Translations under genes and position numbers: made by a program
In this document: positions 10,916 through 20,862 of the stretch, piece by piece
How the letters are laid out: each line of letters starts with the position of its first letter
How positions within the stretch are numbered: the stretch's first letter is position 1
Notes under the pieces: generated by a model
What the model was told of the DNA's origin: nothing
Database searches by the model: none
What the model saw: only the letters and a program-made list of their open reading frames with translations
From: an uncultured Verrucomicrobiae bacterium
GTDB taxonomy: Bacteria > Verrucomicrobiota > Verrucomicrobiia > Chthoniobacterales > UBA10450
NCBI GenBank assembly: GCA_963756875.1
Contig: CAVWPA010000003.1
Span: 672,001 to 736,000, forward strand
Length of the DNA stretch: 64,000 nucleotides
Direction: 5' to 3'

Positions 10916-11669
10916 GATTCTTCGGGTCAAACGAGCGGAAATCGAACAGTTGCGGCCGCAGGCAGAGACGTTGCGTCGGCAAGCGGTTGAGCGGAATAAA
11001 TTCCGTGGTTTTCGCGCGGCGTTGAAACGAGGCGATGGAGACGTAGCTGTCATTGCCGAAATCAAGAAGGCTTCACCCTCCGCAGGAGTCATCGCGGAAT
11101 CGTTCGATCCCGTGGCAATCGCGAAAGATTACGAGCGGGCGGGTGCCGCGGCCATTTCGGTTCTAACCGACACGCAGTTTTTCCGGGGCAGCCTGCAAAA
11201 TCTCGTCGATGTTTGCGCATCGGTTTCGCTTCCGGTGTTGCGCAAAGATTTCATCCTCGATGAAATCCAAATCGCGGAGGCGGCCGCAGCGGGCGCAGAC
11301 GCAATTTTGCTCATCGTCGCCGCGCTCGAACAAAAGCAATTGATCGACCTGGCAAGCGCGGCGGCCAGGTATCAATTGGAAGCGCTGGTCGAAGTGCACA
11401 CCCTGGAAGAGTTGGAACGCGCGCTGGACGCCGGCGCGGAGATTATCGGGATCAATAACCGCAACCTGGAGACATTTGATGTCGATCTCGGTGTGACGGA
11501 AAAATTAAGCGAAAAAGTTCCAAACGATGTGGTGCTGGTCAGCGAAAGCGGAATCAAGTCCGCGAAAGACGTCGCCCGGGCCCGGGCATGCGGAGTGGAT
11601 GCCGTGCTGGTCGGCGAAGCTTTGATGCGCGGCGAATTGTCGATCGCAGAATTGCGATCGGAGCGGTGA
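10899..11669 (+). CDS. trpC: Indole-3-glycerol phosphate synthase
   Basis: VIAEIKKASPSAG, ISVLTD, LRKDF, GINNRNL, VSESGI. Confidence 0.97.
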   Translation: MNRLSEILRVKRAEIEQLRPQAETLRRQAVERNKFRGFRAALKRGDGDVAVIAEIKKASPSAGVIAESFDPVAIAKDYERAGAAAISVLTDTQFFRGSLQNLVDVCASVSLPVLRKDFILDEIQIAEAAAAGADAILLIVAALEQKQLIDLASAAARYQLEALVEVHTLEELERALDAGAEIIGINNRNLETFDVDLGVTEKLSEKVPNDVVLVSESGIKSAKDVARARACGVDAVLVGEALMRGELSIAELRSER

Positions 11670-11674
11670 TGGCG

Positions 11675-11786
11675 CGCGAATCACCCGCCTCCGTCCAACT
11701 ACGGCGCGGCAAGCGCGAATTACGCTAAAACAATCAAAGAATCAGGATTGATTGATAAAAGTTCGCGTCGATTCGTGTGATTCGCG
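11675..11786. repeat. Inverted repeat built of CGCGAAT-type 9-mers, with a nested 30-bp mini-element (11684-11713)
   Basis: CGCGAATCA[30 bp]CGCGAATTACGCTAA pairs with TTCGCGTCGATTCGTGTGATTCGCG; lies between convergent trpC and pal. Confidence 0.75.
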
Positions 11787-11814
11787 GGGCAAGAATCTGC
11801 CCGGCTGATCGAAA

Positions 11815-12345
11815 TCATTTAACTACGCCGATTTCCGCACGGCGGTTTTTCGCCCATGCCGCTTCATTGTGTCCGGGATCGGCCGGCATTTCCAAGCCGA
11901 AGCTGACTGTTTGAATGCGGCCGCCATCCACACCCTGCGAAATCAAACTTTCGCGCACCGCGCCGGCGCGGCGATCGCCCAGGCCGCGATTGTATTCCGG
12001 CGTTCCGCGTTCATCGGTGAAGCCGGCAATGATGATCTGAGAGGAGCCGCCTTTCATGAAATCCGCGATCTGCTGAATCTTTCCCGTGTCTGACGAACGA
12101 ACCGTCTGGCTGTCGAAATCGAAATAGACAGGTTGAAATTGATTGCGATCGACGTTGCCACCGAAAAAGGATGTGCCTTCCTGACGTTCGGGCAGCGGCG
12201 TGCCGGTAACATAGTCACCCGTCGTGCCGGCGGTTTGTCCTCCTCCTTTTTTCTCGCAGCCGGTAGCGCCAAAAATCAGCGCGATGGCTGTAACCAGAAG
12301 GAAGGAATTTAGAAGGGATCTGCGAAACGGGTGCGGTGTGCTCAT
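11815..12345 (-). CDS. pal: Peptidoglycan-associated lipoprotein (OmpA-like domain)
   Basis: Lipobox ATGC; VYFDFDS, GFTDERGTPEYNRGLGDRRA, KNRRAE. Confidence 0.9.
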   Translation of the reverse strand: MSTPHPFRRSLLNSFLLVTAIALIFGATGCEKKGGGQTAGTTGDYVTGTPLPERQEGTSFFGGNVDRNQFQPVYFDFDSQTVRSSDTGKIQQIADFMKGGSSQIIIAGFTDERGTPEYNRGLGDRRAGAVRESLISQGVDGGRIQTVSFGLEMPADPGHNEAAWAKNRRAEIGVVK

Positions 12346-12387
12346 AAGTTTTCAGAATAGCGCCTGCGAAATTGCGCGCAAGCGGGG

Positions 12388-13269
12388 TCACTCGCGCCTG
12401 GCGCGGAACCGCCCCTTTAGCGATGACCAGAAGGCGCGCCGAACCGGGGCCGATGCAGCGCGAGCAACGAGCACGGGACAATTTGCATGGTTCAGGATAC
12501 TGCGAGTGAGATCTCCCATAATGTAGTGGCGCACGATGCCGCGCGCCTGTGACGAACCGGTCACAATTAAATCGTGATCGCCCGCACGCGCCTCTGCAAA
12601 GACCTGTTCGAGAACCATGCCGTGCTGGATCCGCACCTCCACCGGCACGCCGAGGCGCTCGATTTCGTTTTTTTGGTGGCGCAGATTCTCTGCAAGCTCC
12701 GAGTTGGATTGGAAAAGAAGATCGACATCTTCCTCCAGGCGGACCAAGTCGGCATAGATCGCAGGCGGCTCAGCCATGACGTGCAACAGAGTGACCGAAG
12801 CGCCGGCTGCTGCGGCGATCTTTCCGGTAAGCTGCACTGCCCCCTCGATGAATTGCTTTCCACCGGTGCAGACAAGAAATCTCTTAAACTGCGTGCGCTG
12901 GCCGAGCGCGACCAGCACCGGCGGGGAGATGGATTTGATGACTTCGTAGGTTTTCACCGAGCGATACAAACCAGTCTCGCCGGTTCGCCGGGTTCCGATG
13001 ACAACGAGATCGTACTCGGCTTTCGACGTTTGCCCGAGAATTTGGCGAATGGCTTCTCCGGCCCGCACCACAATCTCCGGCGCGACCCCCTGTGCGCGAA
13101 GCGACTCTGCCTGGGTTTCAAGCGCCTCTCGCAAAGATGGTTCGTCGTTCGGTTCTTCCACGATCCCGAGAAGCGTGGTTTCGGCGTGACAAGCAGCGGC
13201 AAGAAGGCCGCCGATTCGACTCGCATTGTCCGCGTCCGGCATTCCGTTGCTGCAAATCAGGATGCGCAT
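12388..13269 (-). CDS. Universal stress protein (tandem USP domains)
   Basis: Two USP units: DLVVIG...PPVLV and DLIVTGS...GDLTRSILNHANCPVLV. Confidence 0.9.
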   Translation of the reverse strand: MRILICSNGMPDADNASRIGGLLAAACHAETTLLGIVEEPNDEPSLREALETQAESLRAQGVAPEIVVRAGEAIRQILGQTSKAEYDLVVIGTRRTGETGLYRSVKTYEVIKSISPPVLVALGQRTQFKRFLVCTGGKQFIEGAVQLTGKIAAAAGASVTLLHVMAEPPAIYADLVRLEEDVDLLFQSNSELAENLRHQKNEIERLGVPVEVRIQHGMVLEQVFAEARAGDHDLIVTGSSQARGIVRHYIMGDLTRSILNHANCPVLVARAASAPVRRAFWSSLKGRFRARRE

Positions 13270-13273
13270 AACT

Positions 13274-14200
13274 CTAGAGTGTGTGACCGCTGAAGAGGGT
13301 GTAAATCACGACCGCCGCGCCAATGAATGGCAGCGGCACGAACGCGAGACGAATTTTCGGTCCCGTAAAATATTGCGTAGAGATTGCGCCGATTTGTGCG
13401 CCGATCGCCGCGCCGGTATTCATGACCAGCGCAATGAGGACATCGACGTTGCCTTTGACCGCGTGGCTAAACGTCCCGTAACTGGCTGAAATGATCACTT
13501 CGAACAGGTCGGTGCCCACTGCGAGATGCGTGGGAACACCGAGCACGTAAACCAGCAAAGGCATCCGGATATAGCCGGCGCCGCCTCCGAGAAAACCGCT
13601 GAATAATCCGCCGATAAAGGCGACCAGGAGAACGATCCATAATGAAATCTCCTTTATGCCCGAGGTGGGTAGTGAAATTGGGGGCCAAATTTTGCGACGC
13701 TGAATGCGGCGGGTAATGTGCGCAAAGGCCGAATGATCCTGCTTGGACTTCGCGACTTTGGTTGTTGCGGCTCGCGTTCGCCGCTTCTGCGCCATCAAGG
13801 TTTTGCGGCTCTCCCAAATCATGAATCCGGAGATACTAACGTAAACAACGATCGACACGATGCTCACGACCAGATTCACGTTCCCCGCGCGTTTCAAGAC
13901 TTGAATCAACTGCGCTCCTCCTTCCGTCCCTGCAATCGTGCCCAGAGCCATGATCAATCCGAGTTTGAGATCGACGTTGCCGAGCGCCCGATGCCGTTTG
14001 GCCGCCACGATCGATTTTCCGACGATGTGCGCCAGATCGGTCCCGATGGCGAAATTCCAATCCAGCCCCACCGCGCGCAATGCCGGGCCGGCAAGAAAAC
14101 TGCCGCCGACGCCGAAGAATCCGCCCAGGATCCCGATGAAAAAGCCGATTACCGCGAGGTAAATCGGGCTGATGTGCGCGCCGGAAACCGGGAAAAACAT
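13274..14200 (-). CDS. TSUP/TauE-SafE family transporter
   Basis: GGFFGVGGSF and GFLGGGAG repeats, AVGTDL, multiple TM helices. Confidence 0.9.
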   Translation of the reverse strand: MFFPVSGAHISPIYLAVIGFFIGILGGFFGVGGSFLAGPALRAVGLDWNFAIGTDLAHIVGKSIVAAKRHRALGNVDLKLGLIMALGTIAGTEGGAQLIQVLKRAGNVNLVVSIVSIVVYVSISGFMIWESRKTLMAQKRRTRAATTKVAKSKQDHSAFAHITRRIQRRKIWPPISLPTSGIKEISLWIVLLVAFIGGLFSGFLGGGAGYIRMPLLVYVLGVPTHLAVGTDLFEVIISASYGTFSHAVKGNVDVLIALVMNTGAAIGAQIGAISTQYFTGPKIRLAFVPLPFIGAAVVIYTLFSGHTL

Positions 14201-14208
14201 GGCGTGAT

Positions 14209-14451
14209 TTATTCAGACCGGCCGCGAATGAGACGCAACAGAAGCGTGGTGACGCTTTCAAGAAGAACCGCCTGGCCAATGATCAGGAGAATCGCGACAG
14301 TTGCGTACGTGTAACGGTGATGAATCTCGAGCTGCAGCAATCCTTCGCCCAGGAAATGCAGGACCAGGAAAAAGTAGGCGACGACGAGGACGGCATAGAT
14401 GACAAGCTCGGCTGCGAAAGCCCGGAGCGTTTTAGCCGTTTCTCTTTTCAT
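14209..14451 (-). CDS. Small 2-TM membrane protein
   Basis: 80 aa, two hydrophobic stretches, first gene of the TSUP-USP operon. Confidence 0.7.
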   Translation of the reverse strand: MKRETAKTLRAFAAELVIYAVLVVAYFFLVLHFLGEGLLQLEIHHRYTYATVAILLIIGQAVLLESVTTLLLRLIRGRSE

Positions 14452-14744
14452 TGCTTGGATCAGATCAGGTTCGTCGATTCCTTACAATGTTGAAGGCGCC
14501 ATCTGCGACCGTGCGATCCGTTGATCCGGGATAGAGCGCTTCTGCACGATCGGTCGGATGTCATCCCCCGTTTTTTTCTCGACGCCGTGGCCGCCGACCC
14601 TTGGCCGGCGTGATGCATGGTCATCAGTATGTTCTTGCAGGGCGAGACAACTGCGAACGCGACCGCGTTGCGCCGGCGACCAAATTCCATTGCGTCGCCG
14701 TTATTTTCCCCTAACGTTTGATTCCGCATTTAAAGCGGAAAAAT

Positions 14745-14978
14745 ATGGCTGATGCTGCAAATAAGTACCCTGAAAACGTAGCGGGAAAATTCTACGTCGA
14801 CGATCAGTGCATCGATTGCGATCTGTGCCGGGAAACTGCTCCCGCCAACTTCAAGCGCAATGACGATGGCGGGCACTCCTACGTTTACAAGCAGCCGGAA
14901 AACCCGGAAGAGGAAGGCCTCTGTAAAGAAGCGATGGAAGGCTGTCCGGTCGAAGCCATCGGCAGCGACGGCGGCTAA
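14745..14978 (+). CDS. Ferredoxin
   Basis: CIDCDLC...CPVEAIG; ATG at 14745. Confidence 0.92.
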   Translation: MADAANKYPENVAGKFYVDDQCIDCDLCRETAPANFKRNDDGGHSYVYKQPENPEEEGLCKEAMEGCPVEAIGSDGG

Positions 14979-15016
14979 ATCTGTAGCGGCGATAATCGGC
15001 TCGACATTGTTCGGTA

Positions 15017-15084
15017 AATTGTAGGGCAGGCGCGTCGCCTGCCATGACTGGAGGGCCGGCAACCGGAGCGGTTGCCCTACAATT
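15017..15084. repeat. REPIN-like element, GTAGGGCA family copy 1
   Basis: AATTGTAGGGCAGGCGCGTCGCCTGCC ... GGCAACCGGAGCGGTTGCCCTACAATT; inverted homolog at 52508-52573. Confidence 0.9.
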
Positions 15085-15100
15085 CAAACAGCGCACGTTA

Positions 15101-15941
15101 ATGCGGCATCAAATCGAACATTAAACATCGCATATCAAAGATTCCAGTCGCACTGACTGTCGCCGGATCGGACAGCAGCGCTGGAGCCGGCATCCAGGCC
15201 GATCTCAAGACATTCGGCGCGCTCGGGGTCTACGGCCTGACCGCCGTTACGTGCGTTGTCGCGGAAACGCCGGGGAACGTTTCCCGAATTGAACCGGTCG
15301 GCGCCGAAATGGTGCGCGCACAAATCGATGTTCTCGCCAGGAACTTCCCGATCTCTGCCATCAAGACCGGGTTACTCTATTCGGCGGACATTATTTCCGT
15401 CGTCGCGGGTGGAATCGTCGATCTCGTCCGCAAAATCGGTAATCGAGTGCCGCTCGTCGTCGATCCTGTGATCGTTGCGACCAGCGGCGATCCACTTCTG
15501 CAAAAAGACGGGATCGAGATTTACCAAAAGGAACTGTTTCCGCTTGCCGCGCTGATTACACCGAACCTCCTCGAAGCGGAAAGATTTCTCGGCGAACCAG
15601 TGCGCGACTTGAAATCGATGCGTCGCGCGGGCAAAGAGTTGGAGAAGAAATTTCGAACCGCGATTCTTCTCAAGGGCGGGCATCTGGCGGGCGATCGGGC
15701 CGTGGATCTTCTTTTTGACGGCGGAAAGATTGTCGAATTCGCCGGTCCGTTTGTGCGGGACGTGGCGACGCACGGCACCGGCTGCACTTATTCGGCCGCC
15801 ATCACGGCCGGTCTGGCGGGTGGTTTATCGCTGCAGGATTCAATCGCCCGCGCCAAAAAGTTTGTGAGTAGTGCGATCGCGCGGCGATTCCGTTGGGAAT
15901 CGGCGTCCGGAAAGAACCTCGATGCCCTGAATCACTTGTAG
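15101..15941 (+). CDS. thiD: Hydroxymethylpyrimidine/phosphomethylpyrimidine kinase (start region apparently frameshifted)
   Basis: Frame is open upstream of the tracked start: VALTVAGSDSSAGAGIQADLKTF; also ITPNLLEA and THGTGCTYSAAI. The nearest ATG (15101) is one frame off, within a heptamer repeat. Confidence 0.9.
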
Positions 15942-16020
15942 ACATCGCTCTGCGCAACTCGCCGCTGAGGCGATCAAGGTGACACGAGCCGCGCCGCGCA
16001 GAAACCGGCGGCTGCAGGTT

Positions 16021-16719
16021 TTATGCTTTGCCCTTCCACTCCTTCCAATGCTTAAGCTCCAGCGCTTCGAGCGCTGCCGCCGTCTCCGCTTGTTTCTTGC
16101 TGTGGCCGCTGCCCTGGCCAAGCACCATCTCTTCCCAGACGGCCCGCACGACAAAAGTTTTGTCATGCTCCGGACCGCTTTGTGAAACGAGCTCGTAAAG
16201 CGGACTTTGCGGCGAAATGCTTTGCAGCAATTCCTGCAACTGCCCTTTTGGATTGATGTCCACCGGCTCGCTTTCGATTTGGGCGAGATCGCCGCGCGCC
16301 TGTTCGAGAATAAATTTTGCCGCCATTTCCAGCCCGCCGTCGAGATAGACAGCGCCGACCAGCGCTTCAAAAGCATCGCCCAGCGTCGATGCGCGATTTC
16401 GGCCGCCGCTCGCGTCTTCGCCGCGCCCCATCAAAAGATGGCGCCCCAGGTCGAGCGCGGCGGCATGCGCCTTTAACGCGTCACGCGAAACCAAACGCGA
16501 CCGTAGCTTGGTTAGCTGGCCTTCCGGCGCGCTTCCGAATCGTTGAAAAAGATATTCGGTGATTACCAGTTGAAGAATGGCATCGCCCAAAAATTCGAGG
16601 CGCTGGTTGTCAAAATGACGTTGCTGGGTTTCATGGCCCACGCTGGGATGAGTGAGCGCTTCGGCCAGCAAAAGCGGGTTCCGGAACTTGTATTCGATGC
16701 GTTCTTCCAGCGGGTGCAC
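16021..16719 (-). CDS. rnc: Ribonuclease III
   Basis: NQRLEFLGDA, DAFEALVGAVYLD, C-terminal dsRBD. Confidence 0.97.
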   Translation of the reverse strand: MHPLEERIEYKFRNPLLLAEALTHPSVGHETQQRHFDNQRLEFLGDAILQLVITEYLFQRFGSAPEGQLTKLRSRLVSRDALKAHAAALDLGRHLLMGRGEDASGGRNRASTLGDAFEALVGAVYLDGGLEMAAKFILEQARGDLAQIESEPVDINPKGQLQELLQSISPQSPLYELVSQSGPEHDKTFVVRAVWEEMVLGQGSGHSKKQAETAAALEALELKHWKEWKGKA

Positions 16720-16787
16720 GTTCTCGTCATTTGAATACTTCGACGAATCGAGCGCAAGCTCGCGAAGAATGGAGCGGGTAGGGAGGC

Positions 16788-17918
16788 CTACCGTTTCTGC
16801 TGATAGACTTCGAGCGAAGTAACGAGATCAAGCGCGCGTTGCAAAACCCGATCTTGCACCGGTCGTTTGGCCTGTCGCTGGTTGCGACGCGTGTCTGTCG
16901 CATCCAGCTCGGGGTTTGTTCCGGCCAGGAGAGCCGCTTCGTTCAGGTGCGGCCGCTCCGTTTCGTAAATAAAGGGCCCCATTCCTTTCTCTGCGCTCAA
17001 CCGGAAGATCTCCCGTTTTTCGGTCGCAGGCAGTTCCACCGGCAAATCCGGTTTCACGCCCTCAGGGAATAACGGACTGCCGTCCGGTAAAACTGCTTCC
17101 GCCGCGGCCACCCGCAGCACCTTTCCGCTTGGCAACGGCAGGTCCGAATACTCGACTGCGCGTCCGGCTGTCGGTTCGCCGACGATCAATGCCTTGTCGT
17201 AAAGTCGCAGCAACGCAGCTACCGCCTCTGCTCCGCCCGCCGTTTCTCCATCTGTCAGCACCACTATCAAACCATGGAACGCCGGATCGCGGTCCGAACT
17301 AAAGCTGCTCTCCTGGCGCGCCGGCGGCTTGCGTACCGTAAAAAGAGGTTTGCCTTTCGGACAGAAACGCTTCGCAAATTCCGCCGCGGTTTCGAAATCA
17401 GTCATCCCCGGACTATCCCGCAGATCGATGATCAATCCGTCCACCTTTTTGGATGAAAATTGCGTTAGCTTCCTGTCCATCACCTTGAGGTTTGTCCTGT
17501 TGAATGCGCCAAGTCTCAGATAACCGACGTGACCTTCAAAAATCTCGCTGTAAAGAGCGGGCCCCGCCGGAGGGTTTTTTTCCGGGCCGGGCAAAAGCAT
17601 GAGTCCGCGTGATTGCCGAACCAGGAGGCCTTCCAGCATCGCTCGATTTAGCTCGGTGTTGGTAACGGCGTCGGGGTTTGTGTAATCCTTCTTCAAGAGT
17701 TCAATCGCCGCCTGGAGATCGGCGGGCCCTAACGAATCGATCATCTTCCGCATTGTTGGAGTCGCGGCAGGAGAAACAGCGGCCGCGGCATGGCCCGGGG
17801 TCGGCGCGCTGTTTGGAGAGGGCGCTCGCGCAGACGAAGAGGGGCGGGGTTGTGCGAAGAGGCTGGCCCCTGTCACAATTGCGATTGCGATAACCGCCTG
17901 CCGAAAGAATTGAAACAT
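16788..17918 (-). CDS. S41 (CtpA-like) peptidase homolog, probably inactive
   Basis: Signal peptide; GYLRL, LIIDLRDSPG, GVKPD; catalytic motifs altered (TAGGAE, TAGRA). Confidence 0.75.
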   Translation of the reverse strand: MFQFFRQAVIAIAIVTGASLFAQPRPSSSARAPSPNSAPTPGHAAAAVSPAATPTMRKMIDSLGPADLQAAIELLKKDYTNPDAVTNTELNRAMLEGLLVRQSRGLMLLPGPEKNPPAGPALYSEIFEGHVGYLRLGAFNRTNLKVMDRKLTQFSSKKVDGLIIDLRDSPGMTDFETAAEFAKRFCPKGKPLFTVRKPPARQESSFSSDRDPAFHGLIVVLTDGETAGGAEAVAALLRLYDKALIVGEPTAGRAVEYSDLPLPSGKVLRVAAAEAVLPDGSPLFPEGVKPDLPVELPATEKREIFRLSAEKGMGPFIYETERPHLNEAALLAGTNPELDATDTRRNQRQAKRPVQDRVLQRALDLVTSLEVYQQKR

Positions 17919-17928
17919 CACCCGATTG

Positions 17929-19200
17929 TTATCCGTTAATCGCGCTGAGAGCAATATCGCGTCGGTAGTGGCACCCCTCGAAATGTATCTGTGCGACCGC
18001 TTCGTAGGCACGCGAGCGCGCTACATCAATCGTCCGCCCAAGCGCGGTGACGGCGAGAACGCGTCCACCCCCGGTGACAATTCCGTCAGCCTGTCGCTTC
18101 GTGCCGGCATGAAAAACATGGACATCCTCAAGCCTCGCGACCTCTTCCAAACCAGAGATGGGCATCCCCGTTTGATACTTGCCGGGATAACCGGCCGAGG
18201 CGAGCACGACCGTGACCGCTGGGCGCTCATCCCATTCGATGGAATGCTGATCGAGGCGGCCGTCGATCGTGGCTTCCAGCAGTGGCAGTAAATCGGATTT
18301 CATCCGCGGCAAAATCGCCTGCGTTTCCGGATCGCCGAAACGGCAGTTGAATTCGAGGACGCGCGGGCCGTCGGGGACGATCATCAAGCCGGGAAAAAGT
18401 AACCCGCGAAACACGATTTCTTCCATGAGCAACCCGCGCAAGAGCGGGCGCATGATTTTTTCATGGAACTGCGACTCCAACTCGGCGTTCCAATTATTGG
18501 CCGGGCTAAACGCGCCCATTCCGCCCGTGTTCGGCCCCAGATCGCCATCGAAGGCACGTTTGTGGTCGCGTGCCGATTCCAGCAATCGATAATTTTCTCC
18601 ATCCACCAGCGCGTGCAGCGAACATTCCGAGCCGCGTAGAAACTCTTCGATCACGACGCGCCGCCCCGCGTCTCCGAAACGGCCTTCGTTCATCATCGAA
18701 TTAATTGTCGATTGTGCGGTGGAGGGGTCCGGCGCAATGATCACGCCTTTGCCAAGAGCAAGGCCGTCGGCCTTGATCACGACCGGGAAATTAAGCTTTT
18801 TGCAATAGCGCAAGGCTTCGTCGCTGTCGGAAAACGTGCTTGCCTGCGCGGTGGGGATTCCTTGTGCTCGCATCAGTTCTTTCGCGAAAATTTTCGAAGA
18901 CTCGATTCGAGCGGCTGATTTGGTCGGTCCGAAAACGCGCAGGTTTTCCGATTGGAAAAGATCGACAATTCCGGCGGCGAGGGGATCGTCCGGGCCGACG
19001 ACTGTGAGATCGATATTGTTTTGTTTCACGAAGCGGGCCAGCGCGGCGAGGTCGGCCGCCGGGATGGCGACGTTCTCGGCGAGCTCGGCGGTTCCTGCGT
19101 TGCCCGGCGCGCAAAAGATTCGATCGGCCCGTGGCGACTGGCTCAATTTCCAAACGAGGGCGTGTTCGCGGCCGCCACTTCCGACGACAAAAATTTTCAT
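17929..19200 (-). CDS. purD: Phosphoribosylamine-glycine ligase
   Basis: GSGGREHAL, KADGLALGKGV, GPNTGGMG, EFNCRFGDPETQ. Confidence 0.98.
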   Translation of the reverse strand: MKIFVVGSGGREHALVWKLSQSPRADRIFCAPGNAGTAELAENVAIPAADLAALARFVKQNNIDLTVVGPDDPLAAGIVDLFQSENLRVFGPTKSAARIESSKIFAKELMRAQGIPTAQASTFSDSDEALRYCKKLNFPVVIKADGLALGKGVIIAPDPSTAQSTINSMMNEGRFGDAGRRVVIEEFLRGSECSLHALVDGENYRLLESARDHKRAFDGDLGPNTGGMGAFSPANNWNAELESQFHEKIMRPLLRGLLMEEIVFRGLLFPGLMIVPDGPRVLEFNCRFGDPETQAILPRMKSDLLPLLEATIDGRLDQHSIEWDERPAVTVVLASAGYPGKYQTGMPISGLEEVARLEDVHVFHAGTKRQADGIVTGGGRVLAVTALGRTIDVARSRAYEAVAQIHFEGCHYRRDIALSAING

Positions 19201-19264
19201 TTTATTTCATTGAGCACGCAATTGAAGACGCGCGCTGTCAGAAAAACAAGCCGCACATTCGTGA

Positions 19265-20340
19265 CTAACGTTGGGCTGTTGCACGCGATGGCGATTCAGC
19301 CGGTGTGATGGCAACTGTGAGCTTCTCGGTGTGACGGACGACTGTGATTTGGGATCGAACGCCGATTTGTTCGCCGACGAGGAGTTTATGCAAATCGTAA
19401 ATACTGGCGATGGGCCGGTCGTTGAAGGCCACAACAACGTCACCTTCGCGCAAACCTGCTTTTTCGGCCGGGCTCTCTTTCTCCACGGAAACAACCAGAA
19501 CGCCGGTTTCGCGCGGCAAATTGTAAAAACGAACGACGCGGCGATGAATGGGAACGTTTTGTCCGGCCACGCCAATGTAGCTTCGACGGATTTTCCCGTC
19601 GCGGATCAGCCAGCCGGCGACGAATTTTGCGGTGTTGCTGGCAATTGCAAAACAGATTCCCTGGGCGGGGCGGATCATGGCGGTGTTCACACCGATGACT
19701 TCACCGGCGGAGTTCACCAGCGGCCCGCCGGAATTGCCGGGATTCAGAGCGGCGTCGGTCTGGATAATGTTGTCGATCAAGCGGCCGGAGAGCGAGTGCA
19801 TCGATCGACCGAGGGCGCTGATCACGCCGGCGGTAACGCTGGCTTGAAAACCGAACGGGTTGCCAATTGCGATCGCCAGTTGTCCGACGCGCAGGTTCTC
19901 GGAATCCGCCAGGCGGACGTGTACGAGATTCGGCGCATCGATTCGAATGATGGCCAGATCGGTGTCCGGGTCGTCGCCCACCAGCCGTGCCGGGTACTCG
20001 CGTCCGTCGGGCAGGTTCACGGCGATCTTGTCGCGCCGTGCACGACGTGGCTGTTGGTCAAAATGAATCCGTCGGGCGCGATGATGAAACCGGAGCCGCT
20101 TCCGCCAACCTCGCGGGGACCGCGCCGTCCATCGGTCCGTTGGGTGACATCGATGTTGACCACCGCAGGCGCAACGCGTTCGGCGGCGCCGACCACGCTG
20201 CGTGAATAACTGTCCAGCAATGCCAGGTCATCCGGTGGAAACGGGTTGCCTGATGGCTCAAACTCCGGCGTCGAACCGGATGGATGCAAGAGGAGCGCGA
20301 CCGGATCGTCGCGCTCACCTCGCAGGTTGAAAGTTGTCAT
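19265..20340 (-). CDS. HtrA/DegP-like serine protease with PDZ domain (apparent 1-nt deletion at ~20033)
   Basis: GSGFII...TNSHVV in one frame; [21 protein letters not shown] and the PDZ domain in the next. Confidence 0.88.
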
Positions 20341-20460
20341 GAACAGAAATTTCAAGCGGTCCGAACCCGGAGTCAATTACATGCTTCTTCAGCCTGTATG
20401 ATCAGTCAGGGATGTTACTCTCTTCTTGCACGCAGTAATAAAGCTCGTTACAAGGAGGCC

Positions 20461-20841
20461 ATGTCAAAATCCTCCGCTTCAGTCATGGACGCGCAATGTC
20501 CGTCGCGGCTCGTGCTCGACCGGATCGCAGATAAATGGACGGCGCTCATCATTCAGATCCTGGCCAGGGGGACGATGCGATACGGCGCGCTCCAGCGCGA
20601 GATCGGCGGCATTTCCCAAAAGATGCTGACGCAAACGTTGCGCAGTCTCGAGCGGGACGGGTTGGTGCAGCGCACGGTTTATCCGGTCGTTCCGCCGAGG
20701 GTGGAATACTCGCTTACCCGGCTCGGGCGAACGTTGATTGAGCCGTTGCACGCACTTTGCCGCTGGTCGGAAAAACATTTGCCGGAGCTTCATGCGAACC
20801 GGGCGCGCGCCAGGGCAAAATCGAATTCAATGGCAGCATAG
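20461..20841 (+). CDS. HxlR-family transcriptional regulator
   Basis: CPSR..LDRIADKW, ISQKMLTQTLRSLERDGLV, PPRVEYSLT; AAGGAGG SD before ATG 20461. Confidence 0.93.
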   Translation: MSKSSASVMDAQCPSRLVLDRIADKWTALIIQILARGTMRYGALQREIGGISQKMLTQTLRSLERDGLVQRTVYPVVPPRVEYSLTRLGRTLIEPLHALCRWSEKHLPELHANRARARAKSNSMAA

Positions 20842-20862
20842 GAAGATCTTCCCGGTTTAACG

